A stretch of 64,000 bases of DNA from the human T2T-CHM13v2.0 reference genome, Homo sapiens: the NCBI RefSeq assembly GCF_009914755.1, contig NC_060928.1. One strand, 5' to 3'. The position numbers and the translations under genes were made by a program. Of this stretch, positions 1-14,310 are shown in pieces. The notes under the pieces are model-generated. The model did not search any database. It was not told the origin of the DNA and worked only from the letters and a program-made list of their open reading frames with translations. Numbering within the stretch: the first letter of the stretch is position 1; each line of letters starts with the position of its first letter.

Positions 1-2384
1 TTCTGTAAAGCCTTATTAAAGTTCTCCATTAATCAAAAGCCATCTATTACATGTCTTTACTCCTTAACACCACAAAGAATTAACAAGCATTGAAACCATA
101 TTTTACCAATTAATCTCATAAGATTCTTAGGCAAGTTTCACCTTTCCAGCAATCACTATAAGTTGAAATACTGTTTAAACTTTTTTTTTCTAGAGAAAAG
201 TTCCAAGGTCATATATTTATTATTTTGTTTTAATTTGTGTTCCAATAAAGTCTTCCTACATCCATGTTAACTTCTGATATATCCTATCAATTATGCAATA
301 TCTTTTTTAAAAAGTGCCAGATAATATTGCGTTACAGTGTCTGAGTCTTCCAAAACTTAGTTGTCACCATTCTCCTGTCGCTAATGCAGAAAGAAATCAG
401 TTAAGTTGTCTTCAAAATTCCAAGAAAATGTAAGCTCAAATAATCTGCTTTAACTTCTATTCTAAATGAAGAGGAAAAAAATTTAAAACGGAAACCTGTT
501 TTTATATGTCATTTTAAAAGGCCTTCATACAATTTTATCAATAAACACTATGGATAAGAAGCTATTATGAAGTTACAAACACTCTTGGCTGTAGACACCA
601 AAAGGTCATATGTGCGTGTATTCAGTCAGCCCAGTTTGAAACTAAGCTCAATTTCTTTCAGACATCACAGCTGGATGCAAGGTACTAATAAGGAAACCTA
701 TTATTTCAAGATGTGCACTGGCAATTGTAATTTTATTGTTTTGCATTCCATCTGTAGCACAGGCAACTGCCTGAATATAGCCAGTACAGTGGCATAGGCT
801 GGTCCTTATTTCTGGATTTAGTTTTGTCTTTTGTGCATGCTATTTCAAACTGTGCTACTACCAACTCAATACAGATCTATTGACCTGCAAATATAATTAC
901 ATATTTGATCATTAAATTGACAAAGTAAATTAACTTTTAATGGGTGACATTATTCATTGTACATTAGAAAAATGAAAATCTTGACAAAAATGTGTTTCAT
1001 TCTACACTGACTTCTTGTTAAATTGGTATTTTGACCAACCAACACAATCCTTTCGTTGCCAAGGAATACTGAAACTGCATGACATGAGTCACTGTCTAAA
1101 CTAAAATAAAAGAAATATTATATAATTAACTCCATATGGCTTTTTTCTTGACTCATTTGATAAAGGCCAAATTCTTACACTTTTTGCAATTAAATATCTC
1201 AAAATAAATAACCTTTAAAGAATTATAAAATTAACCTGCAAATTCAATATAAGAATATTTGGAAATATGTAGTCAAGAACATTCTGATAATAATACTTAT
1301 TTATTAATAATTTATCTATAAAGTCACAACTACAGCAGAGTTAATAACATTGTTTCAAGTTCCAGAAAAACAAAGAAATAAGGGCTTATATATTTTAGTA
1401 GAAAATGATGCAAATTTTCCACAGAGCTTTAATAATATCCTGGATTTTAAAGAGAATTTCTAAAACATTCTTAAATATTTGATAATAATTTATAATCTTA
1501 AATAAAACAGAAACTAAAAATGAGAAGTCTTTGGTTTAATTCCTACTTCTGTTACCAACTTAAATTTTTGTTTATGTAATAGTGACAGTGATGATTTCCA
1601 GGTATTTTAATTTTCTAATTAAATATAATAGCTGTTAGGATACCTTTATCATAGACTGTTAATCATCTAAATCACATTTAGACTTTCTATACAGTTTTAG
1701 TTAACACATTTTAAACTTTTTCAAAAGGGATTTGTAGAGACAAGTCGGTCATGTCATGTTCCTTCCATATTTATAATTCTGATAGTACATGATATAAATG
1801 CCTTAAACTATTTCCGAACTGAAAGCTAAATAAGCAAAAATGTTTACTATGTAGCATTCTAGTGACTTCAAACTTTCTTAATCACATCCTATAAATAAGA
1901 AATACTTTTTAAATACTGAATCAGTACACACATATATACATGCACACACACACAGAGCACATACATATAATGTATACTATACAAAAGTAAAAGGTTTCCA
2001 AAATAATATTTAAACTGATCACATTCAATACATTCTAATATTGTCTCCTCTTTTCTATTATGGAACATTGTTTAAATGCTGTAGAGATTCACTAAATATA
2101 TGCTAAGACTCAGTAATGGATCAAGACAAACAGCTTGACAAATAATGATTATTTTTAACATGAACAAATTTGCATGCTTGACATATCCTCTTACTCCTAA
2201 TCCTTTTTCCTTTCAACATCCTTTGTGTCTTCACCTTTTTGTGTTCTGTATTATCAACTGACAAATGCCTTTCAGGTTTTATATTTTTCAGTTCAACAAA
2301 CTTTAGTTCTGCCTTATTATCCAAGCTCCATTTAGATGCAGTAGCTCCAAATGAGTCGTCATAATCGATTAAAAAGAAAAGGAT

Positions 2385-3395
2385 GGACTTCCAGTTTCCA
2401 GTCAGGCATATAAGGTTCTTGGAATTCATCACTATATCCTAACAAGTAAATCACTCAAAAATAAACAGAGAAGTGAGGCCACAGAGCAAACCACTGTCCC
2501 CCAGATTGGAAAGGCACAAAGTGGGGTTGGGGTACAGAGAATCACAACTTACCAAAGCAGAAAATGATGAACAGAAACCTCTATGAGAACCAGTGCAGGG
2601 ATAGGGAAACCGAACTGTAACTGACAAATTACTGGAGGCTCACTGTGGACTGACTCTGAGATTTTAAAAATCCAGGAAGGCCCATAGGGTGGGAGTTGGG
2701 GGAGGGCAGCACACTTTTGTGATTTTTACTTCCAGGAACTCTAACAGATTCTGTCATGCATCCTGTAGGGGGAGGATAAAAGGAAACTTTTGAAATTTGA
2801 AATTTGCCAGAACATTCTGTTTTTCTTAACAAAGTCTGCCCTCAGGAAAATTTATTTTACTTGAGCCTAAATTATTGTATTGTTTTTTATCAAAGCCTTA
2901 CCAACCTTGAGAAGGGAAGTATCCCACTTCAGCCCCACAGCCATCCTGTCCCACCTATGGGACAAAGCTGCAGAGGACTATGAAGCAATTTGGAAGTTTA
3001 CAGCCAAGGGTCACAGCTCACTAAAAGACTGAGACCTAATCATAGGACCTCAGAACATTACCTTCACCCCACGCCTTACCACCACTCCACTACATGCCTA
3101 AGTACTGAAGTTCCTTTTACTCAGTACATCATGTCCAGCTTTGAACGAAAAATTACAAGGCATACTAAAAGACAAAAATAACAATTTGAAGAGACAGAGC
3201 AAGCAGGAGAACCCAACTCAGATATGGCAGAAATGTTGGAATCATCAGACTGGGAATTTAAAACAACAATGATTAATTTGCTGGGGTCTTTAATGAAAAA
3301 AGTGAACAACATGCAAAAACAGGTGGGAATATAAGCAAAGAGATTTTTAAAATCTAAGAAAAATAAAAGAAATGCTAGAGATTAAAAAGAAAGAA
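2385..3395 (+). mobile_element. Old L1M (L1MC-type) 5' UTR and start of ORF1
   Basis: Matches remembered L1MC 5'-end motifs, e.g. 'aaaagactgagacctaatcatagga' and 'tttgaagagacagagcaagca...aatttaaaacaacaatgattaat'. Confidence 0.7.
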
Positions 3396-3636
3396 CAACA
3401 CAAGTTTTTATCCAATATTGTGGACTGAGAAATTATTAAAACATAGTTTTTTTGTAGAGCAGGTTAAAATAATACTTCAAGGAGAACTCACAAGCTACAT
3501 TTAAATTCAAAGAACCATAGATATTAAATGCATTCATAAAAGGAAAATTTGTACATGCAATGTAATAATGCCATGTTACTAAATGCTGAGAACTATGACT
3601 GAAACATGCTTAAAAATGAAGAAAACAATAATAATT

Positions 3637-4288
3637 TTTTTATTATACTTTAAGTTTTAGGGTACATGTGCACAACGTGCAGGTTTGTTACATACGTATA
3701 CATGTGCTATGTTGGTGTGCTGCACCCATTAACTCGTCATTTAGCATTAGGTGTATCTCCTAATGCTATCCTTCCCCCCACCCCACAACAGGCCCCAGTG
3801 TGTGATGTTTCCCTTCCTGTGTCCATGTGTTCTCATTGTTCAGTTCCCACCTATGAGTGAGAAAATGCAGTGTTTGGTTTTTTGTCCTTGAGATAGTTTG
3901 CTGAGAATGACGGTTTCCAGCTTCATCCATGAACCTGCAAAGGACAGGAAATCATCATTTTTTATGGCTGCATAGTATTCCATGGTGTATATGTGCCACA
4001 TTTTCTTAATCCAGTCTATCATTGTTGGACATTTGGTTTGGTTTCAAGTCTTTGCTATTGTGAATAGTGCCACAATAAACATACCTGTGCATGTGTCTTT
4101 ATAGCAGCATGATTTATAATCTTTTGGGTATATACCCAGTAATGGGATGGCTGGGTCAAATGGTATTTCTAGTTCTAGATCCCTGAGGAATAGCCACACT
4201 GACTTCCACAATGGTTGAACTAGTTTACAGTCCCACCAACAATGTAAAAGTGTTCCTATTTCTCCACATCCTCTCCAGCACCTGTTGT
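3637..4288 (-). mobile_element. 5'-truncated L1PA (about L1PA4-5), 3' end
   Basis: L1 3' UTR and ORF2 C-terminus ([16 protein letters not shown]); perfect 17-bp TSD agaaaacaataataatt at 3620-3636 and 4289-4305. Confidence 0.95.
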
Positions 4289-4689
4289 AGAAAACAATAA
4301 TAATTAAGAAAAAGATGAAAATGGCTAGTACAATGTCAAATAGTTTCAAAATACTCCTAAAGGGTGTCATAATTATTCACCTACACATCTATCCTTTCAA
4401 GATTAGAGGTCAATTTTTCAGAATTAGTAGTAACATCTTATAATATATCAGTTTTCATAAACAGAACTTATAACTTAAAAAATTTATATGCCTTTGAATA
4501 TAAAATAGGAGAAATTGCAGAAACTTGAGGAAAATATGATTCAGTGCAAAAGACATCAAAGTGTTTTGTCATATTTGTTTCAGTAAAAGAGTTCATGAAA
4601 AAGGATGCAAAGTGAGAAATAAACTCTTGTTTAAACCAATAATGATAAGCTTTCTACCCAATGTTATTATAAGGACTTACGACTTAATC

Positions 4690-4885
4690 TAATCTAATCT
4701 TCACCTTATGAGGGGTGGCTAATGATGTACCTACTCTAATTTTCCTCATTTTACAGAGAGAAAAACAGAGGCATAGAGAGTTGATAACCTGTTCAAGGTC
4801 ACAGACCTAGTAAGTGGTTAGAGCTGGGTGGCAACCCAAATTATCTGACTCCAGAGCTTATACTGCTAATCAGCTCTATCTTTTG
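4690..4885 (-). mobile_element. MIR SINE
   Basis: Core 'cattttacagagagaaaaacagaggcatagagag...caaggtcacag...tctgactccagagc'. Confidence 0.8.
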
Positions 4886-5930
4886 CTGCCCTCAAACCAC
4901 TGAATTATTCCTACATCATGGTTGAATTCCCTCTATTTGTTCATCTTTCTCTGAAACTATACAATTTAAGAAAGTTTTAGGCACCTCTCAGTACTTAAGT
5001 TTTGGATTATCCAGCTATTGCTGGATCACTGTTCTTTCTTAACTGTTCTTCTTGCCATGAGCACATGTGTTATCTGATCCATCCTCTACCAGGTCACAGG
5101 AATAATTTAACTGATTAAGTTATTCTTGCTTAAAATTCTTCAATGATTTCCATTGCTCTGCAGGAAAAACAATCCAGAATCAGTTTGTCCCAATGAAAAT
5201 AATTATAATGCTTTGCAATAGTACATTGCTAAAGATGTTGCAACCACATCCTGGCTTCATAGAAATAATTGATTATATCATAAACTTAAATTAAAAGCTG
5301 CTTGGGTAGGGTGCATATTAATAGAAGATTCTACACAAGAGAAGCTTCTGCATTCATTTGCACTTAATGTTAAATTTTGCTTTGTATTCTAAATATTCAC
5401 ATCATGAATGAATGTTAAATAACCTAGTGAGCGAATTAAAACATGATATATTTTAAACTTTAAAAATTCATATTAGTAAGTATTCAGGTTATATGTGATA
5501 TATCCATATGCACATTTAAATCTTAATATTGTGAGATGAAATATAATTATTAAGCAATGGCTTTAAAAATAAAATATTTCAGAGTGTCTTGAAAAGTTAT
5601 CATGGAAGGGAAGAAGGAAAAACTATCAAATGACAATTATTTTTTATTTTAACAGAGAGGGACTGAAATTTAAACATATACGGAAATCTCTCTTAAAGAA
5701 AACAGGGAAAGACAAATCTCTCTGTAAAATGGACCATTTGATCTTTAAAGATTCATATTATTTATTAAAAGGATTAAATGTAAAAACAAACAAACAAAAA
5801 CAAAACTTAAAATCAGAATGTAAAAGAGTTTGAACTTGAACGTCTGGGCTGCTTGATTGGCAACCTGAGGTGAGAGAGGGCCATGGGTGAGAAACCTGCA
5901 GTCACAGTCCAGTGACTGTTGCTTTCATTA

Positions 5931-6290
<360 letters not shown>

Positions 6291-6309
6291 AGAAAGAAAA
6301 GAAAGAGAG

Positions 6310-6372
<63 letters not shown>

Positions 6373-6413
6373 AAAGGAAAGAAAGAAAAAGAAAAGAAAA
6401 GAAAAGAAAGAAA
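6291..6413 (+). repeat. (GAAA)n / (GAAAA)n microsatellite derived from the Alu tail
   Basis: Directly visible pure purine tract. Confidence 0.97.
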
Positions 6414-6537
6414 GGCAAATGCTACAAGCCTTTGATAGAAAGCACATCTAAGCTATGTCAGGGAGCTGTGACAAAAGGGTGAGAGAAAAGTTTCAAAAAC
6501 AAATAGAATCATTCATTGATGAACACACCTGAAACTA

Positions 6538-7395
6538 CAGTCATGCATTGTTTTTTGTTGTTGTTGAGACTGAGTCTCTCTCTTGTCGCCCAGGCTGGAG
6601 TGCAATGGTGCGATCTGGGCTCACTGCAATCTCCGCCTCCCGGGTTCAAGTTTCTCCTGCCTCAGTCTCCTGAGTAGCTGGGATTACAGGCGTGCGCCAC
6701 CACGCCCAGCTAATTTTTGTACTTTTAGTTAGAGACAGGGTTTCAGTATGTTGGCCAAGCTAGTCTCAAATTCCTGACCTGAGGTGATCCGCCTGCCTCC
6801 ACCTAACAAAGTGCTGAGATTACAGGCATGAGCCACCACGCCCGGCCCAGTCATGCATTGTTTAGGGATGAGGATACAGCCTGAGAAATGTGCCTTTAGG
6901 AGGTTTCAACCTGTGTAAACACTGGAGAGAGAGCGTGCCTATGGAAATCTAGATGCTATAGCCTACTACACACCGAGGCTATATATGTTACAGCATATTG
7001 CTCCTAGGCTACAAACCTATACAGCGTGTTACCATACTGAAAACTATACTGAATACAGTTGTAACACAATGGCAAGTATTTTTGTATCTAAACATATGTA
7101 AACATAGAGCAGGCACAGTAAAAAATACAGTATAGAATATTAAAAAAATGGTACACCTGTATAGGGTGCTTACATGAATGAATCTTGCAGAACTGGAAGT
7201 TGCTCTAAGTGAGTCATTGAGTGAGTGCTGAGTGAATATGAAGTCCTAGGACATTACTATATATTCCTGCAAACTTTATAAATGCTTAGGCTACACTGAA
7301 TTTATTTAAAAAATCTTTTTCCTTCTTCAAAAACAAATTAACCTGGCATAATCTATTTTAATTTATACTTTTTATTATTTTTTAACTTTTTGACT
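6538..7395 (+). mobile_element. Tigger3/Tigger3b (Golem) DNA transposon fragment, interrupted by an Alu
   Basis: TA + terminal 'cagtcatgcattg'; internal 'gcctactacaca...ttgctcctaggctacaaacc' and 'actggaagttgctct...gtgagtca'. Confidence 0.85.
6554..6847 (-). mobile_element. AluS (Sq/Sp-like)
   Basis: Full dimer; 16-bp TSD cagtcatgcattgttt at 6538-6553 and 6848-6863. Confidence 0.95.
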
Positions 7396-7944
7396 GTGAA
7401 TGTTGAAACATCATTTTGCAGCACAGGAATGTAATTAATTATCTTAAAACATATATGCCCTAGCTGAAGGCTATACTTCTATCAAAGGACAATGGTAAAA
7501 CTGTGTGTGCGTGTGTTGTTAGACAGATAAAGCCCAATAATTGTATGCTCTTAGTAAAAAACCGTAGACTCCATCACCTTTCTGAAAAAAAAAAACAGAG
7601 CATTTTAAATACTTAGGTAGAAAAGCAATACTGAAGTGAAAATTTACCTGTCATCATTTCTAATTGACATACTGATACACTATACATTTAAATGATAATA
7701 AGCTTAAGAGTATATTTAAAGCAAAAGAATAAATGTTATGCCATAAAAAGATCATCAAGACATCGAGTTTGTTTAAACTCTCCAAAAGCATTGTTTTCTT
7801 TGATGTTTTAAAAAAATTGATCCCGAGTGAGTTAACATAATTTTATGTAATACAATAACACCCACTCTTCTATCATTCTGTAAATGTGAACATCTCATCT
7901 TCCACATCCTGATTTACACATCAGCCTAATCCTTCTATAGTAAC

Positions 7945-8446
7945 TGCAGCAAACTAAATCAGTTGCCTATTCAACATCCATTCCCCGTTTTTCTTATGCA
8001 TAGGTCCTAATTTAGTTGGATTGGGGAACAACATGCTCTGTATCAGGCAATGTGAAGTATTTGGTCTAAGTCAACTGTAATAATCTCATTCCTCTTTGCA
8101 ATACTAGGAGTAATCAAATGAACAATTTCTGGTCAAGGGGAAAAGGGGCTTAGAAAAAGTTTTATCTTTGACATAAATGGAGAAAGCAAAGGTAAGCCAT
8201 TCCTCTCCCACCCCTTTCCTTTCTATTTGTGAAATAGTTTTGCCAGGATGCCGTGCTTAGGGTGTCACTGGGGGCAGAGTGGAAATATTGAAGAACCTAG
8301 TCCCCTGTTTTCATGACTGTTTCTGAATGAACTCTGTAACATGCTTACCTCACACTTCACTGTTAAGTGAAGTCATACATAACTATATTATTGAAGTTAC
8401 ATTTTAGCTAGTCTATTACCTAAACCTGAAGGCATAATAATTGATA
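7945..8446 (+). mobile_element. Old MaLR LTR (MLT1I/J/K-like)
   Basis: 'gttgcctattcaacatccattcccc', 'ggtctaagtcaac...ctcattcctctttgc' and MLT1-like 3' end; highly diverged. Confidence 0.55.
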
Positions 8447-8682
8447 TTACTACAATATCCCTTAAAAAAAAAGGTGAATGGAGAAAAGAAAACTTTTTAT
8501 CCACGAATTACAAATTTTGTATGTATATTTTTAGGGAATCCAAATAAATCATTATCGTGTTGGCTGAAAACATCAATGATAATACATTTCACTATATTGC
8601 TTTATTAATTCACAATTTGTTTCCCAACTCCAGAGAAATAAGGCTTTTTCTGCTATGCTATAAACTTCAGGAGATCAGGAAT

Positions 8683-9065
8683 TGCAGTTGGTGGTGTGGT
8701 GCACTGCACAGATGATCCTTTACAAACTGAGACACTCATTCCCCCAGCTGTTGGAAAAACTGCAGTCTGGCAGTTCATCCTAAGAATCTCCCTTGGCCAA
8801 AAGGGAGCTGCCTTCTTCAAGCAATGCCCCATTCCTAGAGGGCAGCTTGCATCCATGATTGGAAGCAGAACATCTCTGAAAAACCATCCCAACTTCAGTG
8901 TTCCCTGTAGGATCTGCTGAAGCCTGTGCTGCCTTTGTATCTAAGTTCAAATTCTTCCTCATTTCAATCCTGCTTCTCTCCCTCTCTCATGGGTGTTGTT
9001 CTCACAAGCACACTGGAATAATCCTATTCCCAGATTCTGATCCCTGAGGACTCCAGCCTACAACA
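8683..9065 (+). mobile_element. LTR16C-like 5' LTR
   Basis: TG...CA ends; 'cactcattcccccagctg', 'gcagcttgcatccatgattgg', 'caatcctgcttc'; followed by ERVL leader 'gttggtgccagga'. Confidence 0.8.
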
Positions 9066-9612
9066 GTTGGTGCCAGGAATTCTAAGAGGCAGATTCAAAA
9101 ATAGAATTTGGGAGCTAGATTGCCAGCCACTCAGCTAACAATGAAGACCACCTCCCTAGTAGGGGGAACGCTGATAGCCATTGGCAGGCAGAAGTGAAAT
9201 TGCTGCAGCTTTCACTGATGATTAACTGGATTTTTTCATGAATACCAACATAAATGATTGAAATGGCAGGTATAATATCTCAGGTAAATTTATGAGGGTT
9301 GCAGTACAAAAGTATGTATAAGAACTGTGGAATTGGATGATTATTTTGGAGGGAAAGACATACACACACACTTTAGAGAAGGACAATAAAAGAATGAGAG
9401 TGATTATTACCAACTTAAAGTAAAATGTGAAGGTGGCATTACCTCCTTAGATGCTTGTTAAGGAGATTATTATCTCCTGCAGAACAGCCAGAGTGCAGAG
9501 AAACCCCAAAGATCTTGTTTGATATTTTATTTTATGGGCAGTGGAGATGATAAATTAAAATTACAGTCCTGACTAGAATTCAATGGGACCCTAAGATTTT
9601 TGATAGAGGCAT

Positions 9613-11844
9613 TGATACGATTTGGCTCTGTGTCCCCACCCAAATCTCATCCTGTAGCTTCCATAATTTTCACATGTTCTGACAGGGACCTGGTGGGAGA
9701 TGATTGAATCAAGGGGATAGGTCTTTCCCACGCTGTTCTCCTAATAGCGAGTGGGTCTCACGTGAGCTGATGGTTTTAAAAACGGGAGTTTCTCTGCAAA
9801 AGATTTCTCTCTTTGCCTGCTGCCATCCATATAAGATGTGACTTGCTCCTCCTTGCCTTCTGCTATGATTGTGAGGCCTCTTCAGCCATGTGGAGCTGTT
9901 AAGTCCAATAACTCTCTCTCTTTTGTAAATTGGCCAGTCTTGGGTATGTCTTTAACAGCAGCATGTTAATATAGTAAATTGGTACCAGTAGAGTGGAGTA
10001 TTGCTGAAAAGATGTCTGAAAATGTGGAAGCGGCTTTGGAACTGGGTAGCAGGCAGAAGTGGGAACAGTTTGGAGGGCTCAGAAGATAGGAAAGTGAGGG
10101 AAAGTTTGGAACTTCCTAGAGACTTGTTGAACAGTTTTGACAAAAATGCTAATAGATGTTCCAGTCCGAGGTGGTCTCAGATGGAAATGAAGAACTTGTT
10201 GGGAACTGGAGCAAAGGTGACTCTTGTTATGTTTCAACAAGGAGACTGGTGGCATTTTGTCCCTGCCCTAGAGATTTGTGGAACTTTGAACTCGAGAGAG
10301 ATGATTTAGGGTATCTGGTGGAAAAATTTTTAAGCAGCAAAGCATTCAAGAGGTGACTTGGGTGCTGTTAAAGGCATTCAGTTTCAAAAAAGAAACAGAG
10401 GATAAAAGTTTGGAAAATTTGCAGCCTGACAATGCAATAGAAAAGAAAATTCTATTTTCTGAGGAGAAATTCAAGCCAGCTGCAGAAATTTACATAAGTA
10501 AGGAGGAGCTGAATGTTAATAACCAGGACAATGGGGAAAATGTCTCCAGGGCATGTCAGAATCCTTTGCAGCAGGCCCTATCATCACAGGTTCAGATGCC
10601 TAGGAGGAAACTTGGTGCCCTGCATCCCAGCTGCTCCCACCATGGCTGAAAGGGACCAATGTAGTGTTCAGGCCATGGCTTCAGAGGGTGCAAGCCCCAA
10701 GTCTTGGCAGCTTCCAGGTGGTGTTGAGCCTGTGAGTGCACAGAAGTCAAGTATTGAAGTTTGGGAAGCTCTTCCTGTATTTCAGAAGATGTATGGAAAT
10801 GCCTGGATGCCCAGGCAGAAGTTCAGAGTAGGGGCAGTGTCCTCATGTAGAACCTCTGCTAGGGCAGTGCAAAAGGGAAATATGGGGTTGGAGGCCCCAC
10901 ACAGAGGCCCTACTGGAGCACCACCTAGTGAAGCTGTGAGAAGGCCATCATCCTCCAGACTCCAGAATGGTAGATCCATGGACAGCTTGCACAGTGCACC
11001 TAGAAAAGCTGCAGACAGTCAATGCCAACCCATGAAAGCAGCTGGGAGGGAGGCTGTACCCTGCAAAGCCACAAGGCTGGAGCTGCCCAAGACCATGGGG
11101 ACCCACCTCCTGTATCAGTATGATCTGGGTGTAAGACACGGAGTCAAAAGAGATCATTTTGGAGCTTTAAGATTTGACTGCCCTGATGGATTTTGGACTT
11201 GCATGGGTCTTATAACTCCTTTGTTTTGGCCAATTTCTCCCATTTGGAATGACTGCATTTACCCAATGCCTGTACCCTCATTGTATCTAGGAAGTAACTA
11301 ACTTTCTTTTGATTTTACAAGCTGATAAGGGGAAGGGACTTGCCTTGTCTCAGATAAGACTTTGGACTGTGGACTTTTGAGTTAATGCTGCAATAAGTTG
11401 TGAGCTTGGGGGACTGCTGGGAAGGCATGATTAGTTTTGAAATGTGACAATATGAGATTTGGGAGAGGCCATGGGCAGAATGATAGAATTTTGCTCTGTG
11501 TCTCCACCCAAATCTCATTTTGTAGCTCCCATAATTCCCACGTGTTGTGGGAGGGACCTAGTGAGAGATGATTGAATCACAGGGGTGGGTTGTTCCTGTG
11601 CTGTTCTTGTGATAGTGAATGGGTCTCATGAGATCCGATGGTTTTAAAAATGGAAGTTTCTCGCACAATCTCTCTCTTTGCCTGCTGCAATCCATGTAAG
11701 ATGCGACTTGCTCCTTCTTGCTTTCTGCCATGATTGAGAGGCCTCCCCAGCCATGTGGAATGTAAGCCCAATAATCCTCTTTCTTTTGTAAATTGCCCAG
11801 TCTCGGGTATGTCTTTATCAGCAGCATGAAAATGAAATAATACA
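9613..11844 (+). mobile_element. Full-length THE1 (THE1B-like) MaLR element: LTR 9613-9973, internal 9974-11480, LTR 11481-11844
   Basis: Two ~360-bp direct LTRs; internal starts 'gtaaattggtacca'; 5-bp TSD ggcat/ggcac. Confidence 0.95.
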
Positions 11845-13013
11845 GGCACTGAGATTATCACAGTCAAATCTTTTCAAACTCTAAGTCCCTTTGAACCCTC
11901 TGGAATTACAGTAGTGACCCAATTCTGTGAGTTAACAGTAGTATTCTTTCTTCCTCAAAGATGGAACAGAGGCCTTTGCCTAAACAGACAACATGTTATA
12001 CCCCTAGGTATTTACCCTAACCTTTCATCTTGACCCTTAAACCCATACCTAGAATGAAGTAGCAATATAATTTGTTCTGAAAAATGTCATAAGGCCAGAA
12101 TACCTACAAGCTGACTAACATGCACAAGAGGGCCAGAGCACACTCCTTCTACTACAGAAATGAGAAACGCTCCACGGAGGACACAGAAACTTCATTGAAT
12201 AGCTCAATAGGGCTTGTCCTCTTAGGCTAGAGCTGAAGGTAGGAGATGCTGTTTCAGGTTTTCTAGAGGAAGAAACAGACTCTACCCTAAAATAACTCCA
12301 GTATATGTACGAGCAAGAGTAAAGACTTGGAAATTGCCACTAAAAAATGCTGAATCTAGGAGACTGGTATATAAAGTTGGATAAATGAGAATTTTTCAAA
12401 AAATGTGAGCACTCTCCCATAACGTAGAATTTGAAAACCCGGCGAGGCCCCAGGGGAATGTGCTAACACACAGCTGGGATGGCTCTCAGAAGCAGGGATA
12501 AATTGATGACCCACACTATAGGAAGTAGAAATACCAGAACTGCCATGGCAGAGAGTGGAAGAAGAGATCATAAGTCAGAATGGATATAAAACATAAGGCC
12601 AGAATACCCAGAAGTTGACTAATACGGACAAGAGGGCCAGAGGACACTCTTTTTACTACAGAAATGAGAAATACTCCAGGGAGAACAGAGAAACTTCACT
12701 GAAAAGCTCAATAGGGCCTGTCCTCTGTAGGCTAGAGCTGAAGGTAGGAGATGCTGTTTCAGAACTGACCTCCCAAAAAGTAAAAATCAAGAGAGGCAGT
12801 AATGATCAGGCATACTTAGTGGATGAGTGGCTGGGTAGGAAGGCAGCCAGGGGTAATTAAAAACACACAGAGTTGTGGAGATGATTAATAGAACACACGA
12901 ACCCTAGGAAGAACCTAGAGGGGCAACAAAGGTGTTAATCTACATAATAAATAGAAATCAAGGTTGAATAATCAGGAGCTTAGAGCTGCTGACCTTTAAA
13001 AATGTCAAAGACC

Positions 13014-13405
<392 letters not shown>

Positions 13406-14310
13406 TTATATTCCTAGTGAGATTTATGGGCCATTTATTCATATAACTGTGCACTGAAAAAAAGGGTGAAGAGAATATTCCAATATTACAAAGATTATTG
13501 GGCATAAAGTCTGAGTTGAAATTGATTTTCAGTGACCTGAAGTGTCAGGAAAAGGTAGGTTGCTATTACACCATAGGGGAAAGGAAGGATATGCTTGCCA
13601 TGTATGTGACCCATTGGAGCATCTATTAGTATTTTAGTATTCCCCTACCCAAGGTTTTATACAAATTTATCTTCCTATTTCCAGATTGTGATTCTTGGGG
13701 AATCTAGCCTACAGCAGTTGGTGCCAGGAATAATTATAGGAGGCAGATTCAAAAATGGGATTTAGCAGCTGGATGTCCAGGCACTCAGCTAACGATGAAG
13801 GCCACCTCACTAGCAGGGGGAATGCTGATAGCACCTGGTAGGCAGTAGGATAATTGCTGAGGCTTTTACTGATGATTTAACTGGATTTATTCATGTATAC
13901 TAATGTAAATGATTGAACTGGCAGGTTTAATATCTCTGGTGTTTGTGAGGTTTGGGGTACAGCATGGGAAGATAGTAGATACATGAGAAGACAGTATGTA
14001 CAGCATGAGAAAGGCATGATAAGTGGAGGTGCAGACCCATCCCACAAAGTAAAGCAACTAGGCCATTGGAGTTTCTAAACAAAGATGAGGAAAATATAGA
14101 CTTGTTTGTAGAGCAGCGAGGTGATAAAAGACCAACTGTCATCAGTGACTAAGACCAAATGCAATAGGTGAGTTATAGTTCGTCCCACTAAACTTCCTCC
14201 TGTAAGTTTTTACAGAAATTGACACTAATAAGAATTTCTGAGAATCTGTTCAAAGCTGAGGCCCATTTATTTCATAAAGTAAATGGATCTTAGTCACACA
14301 AAAAGTGAAC

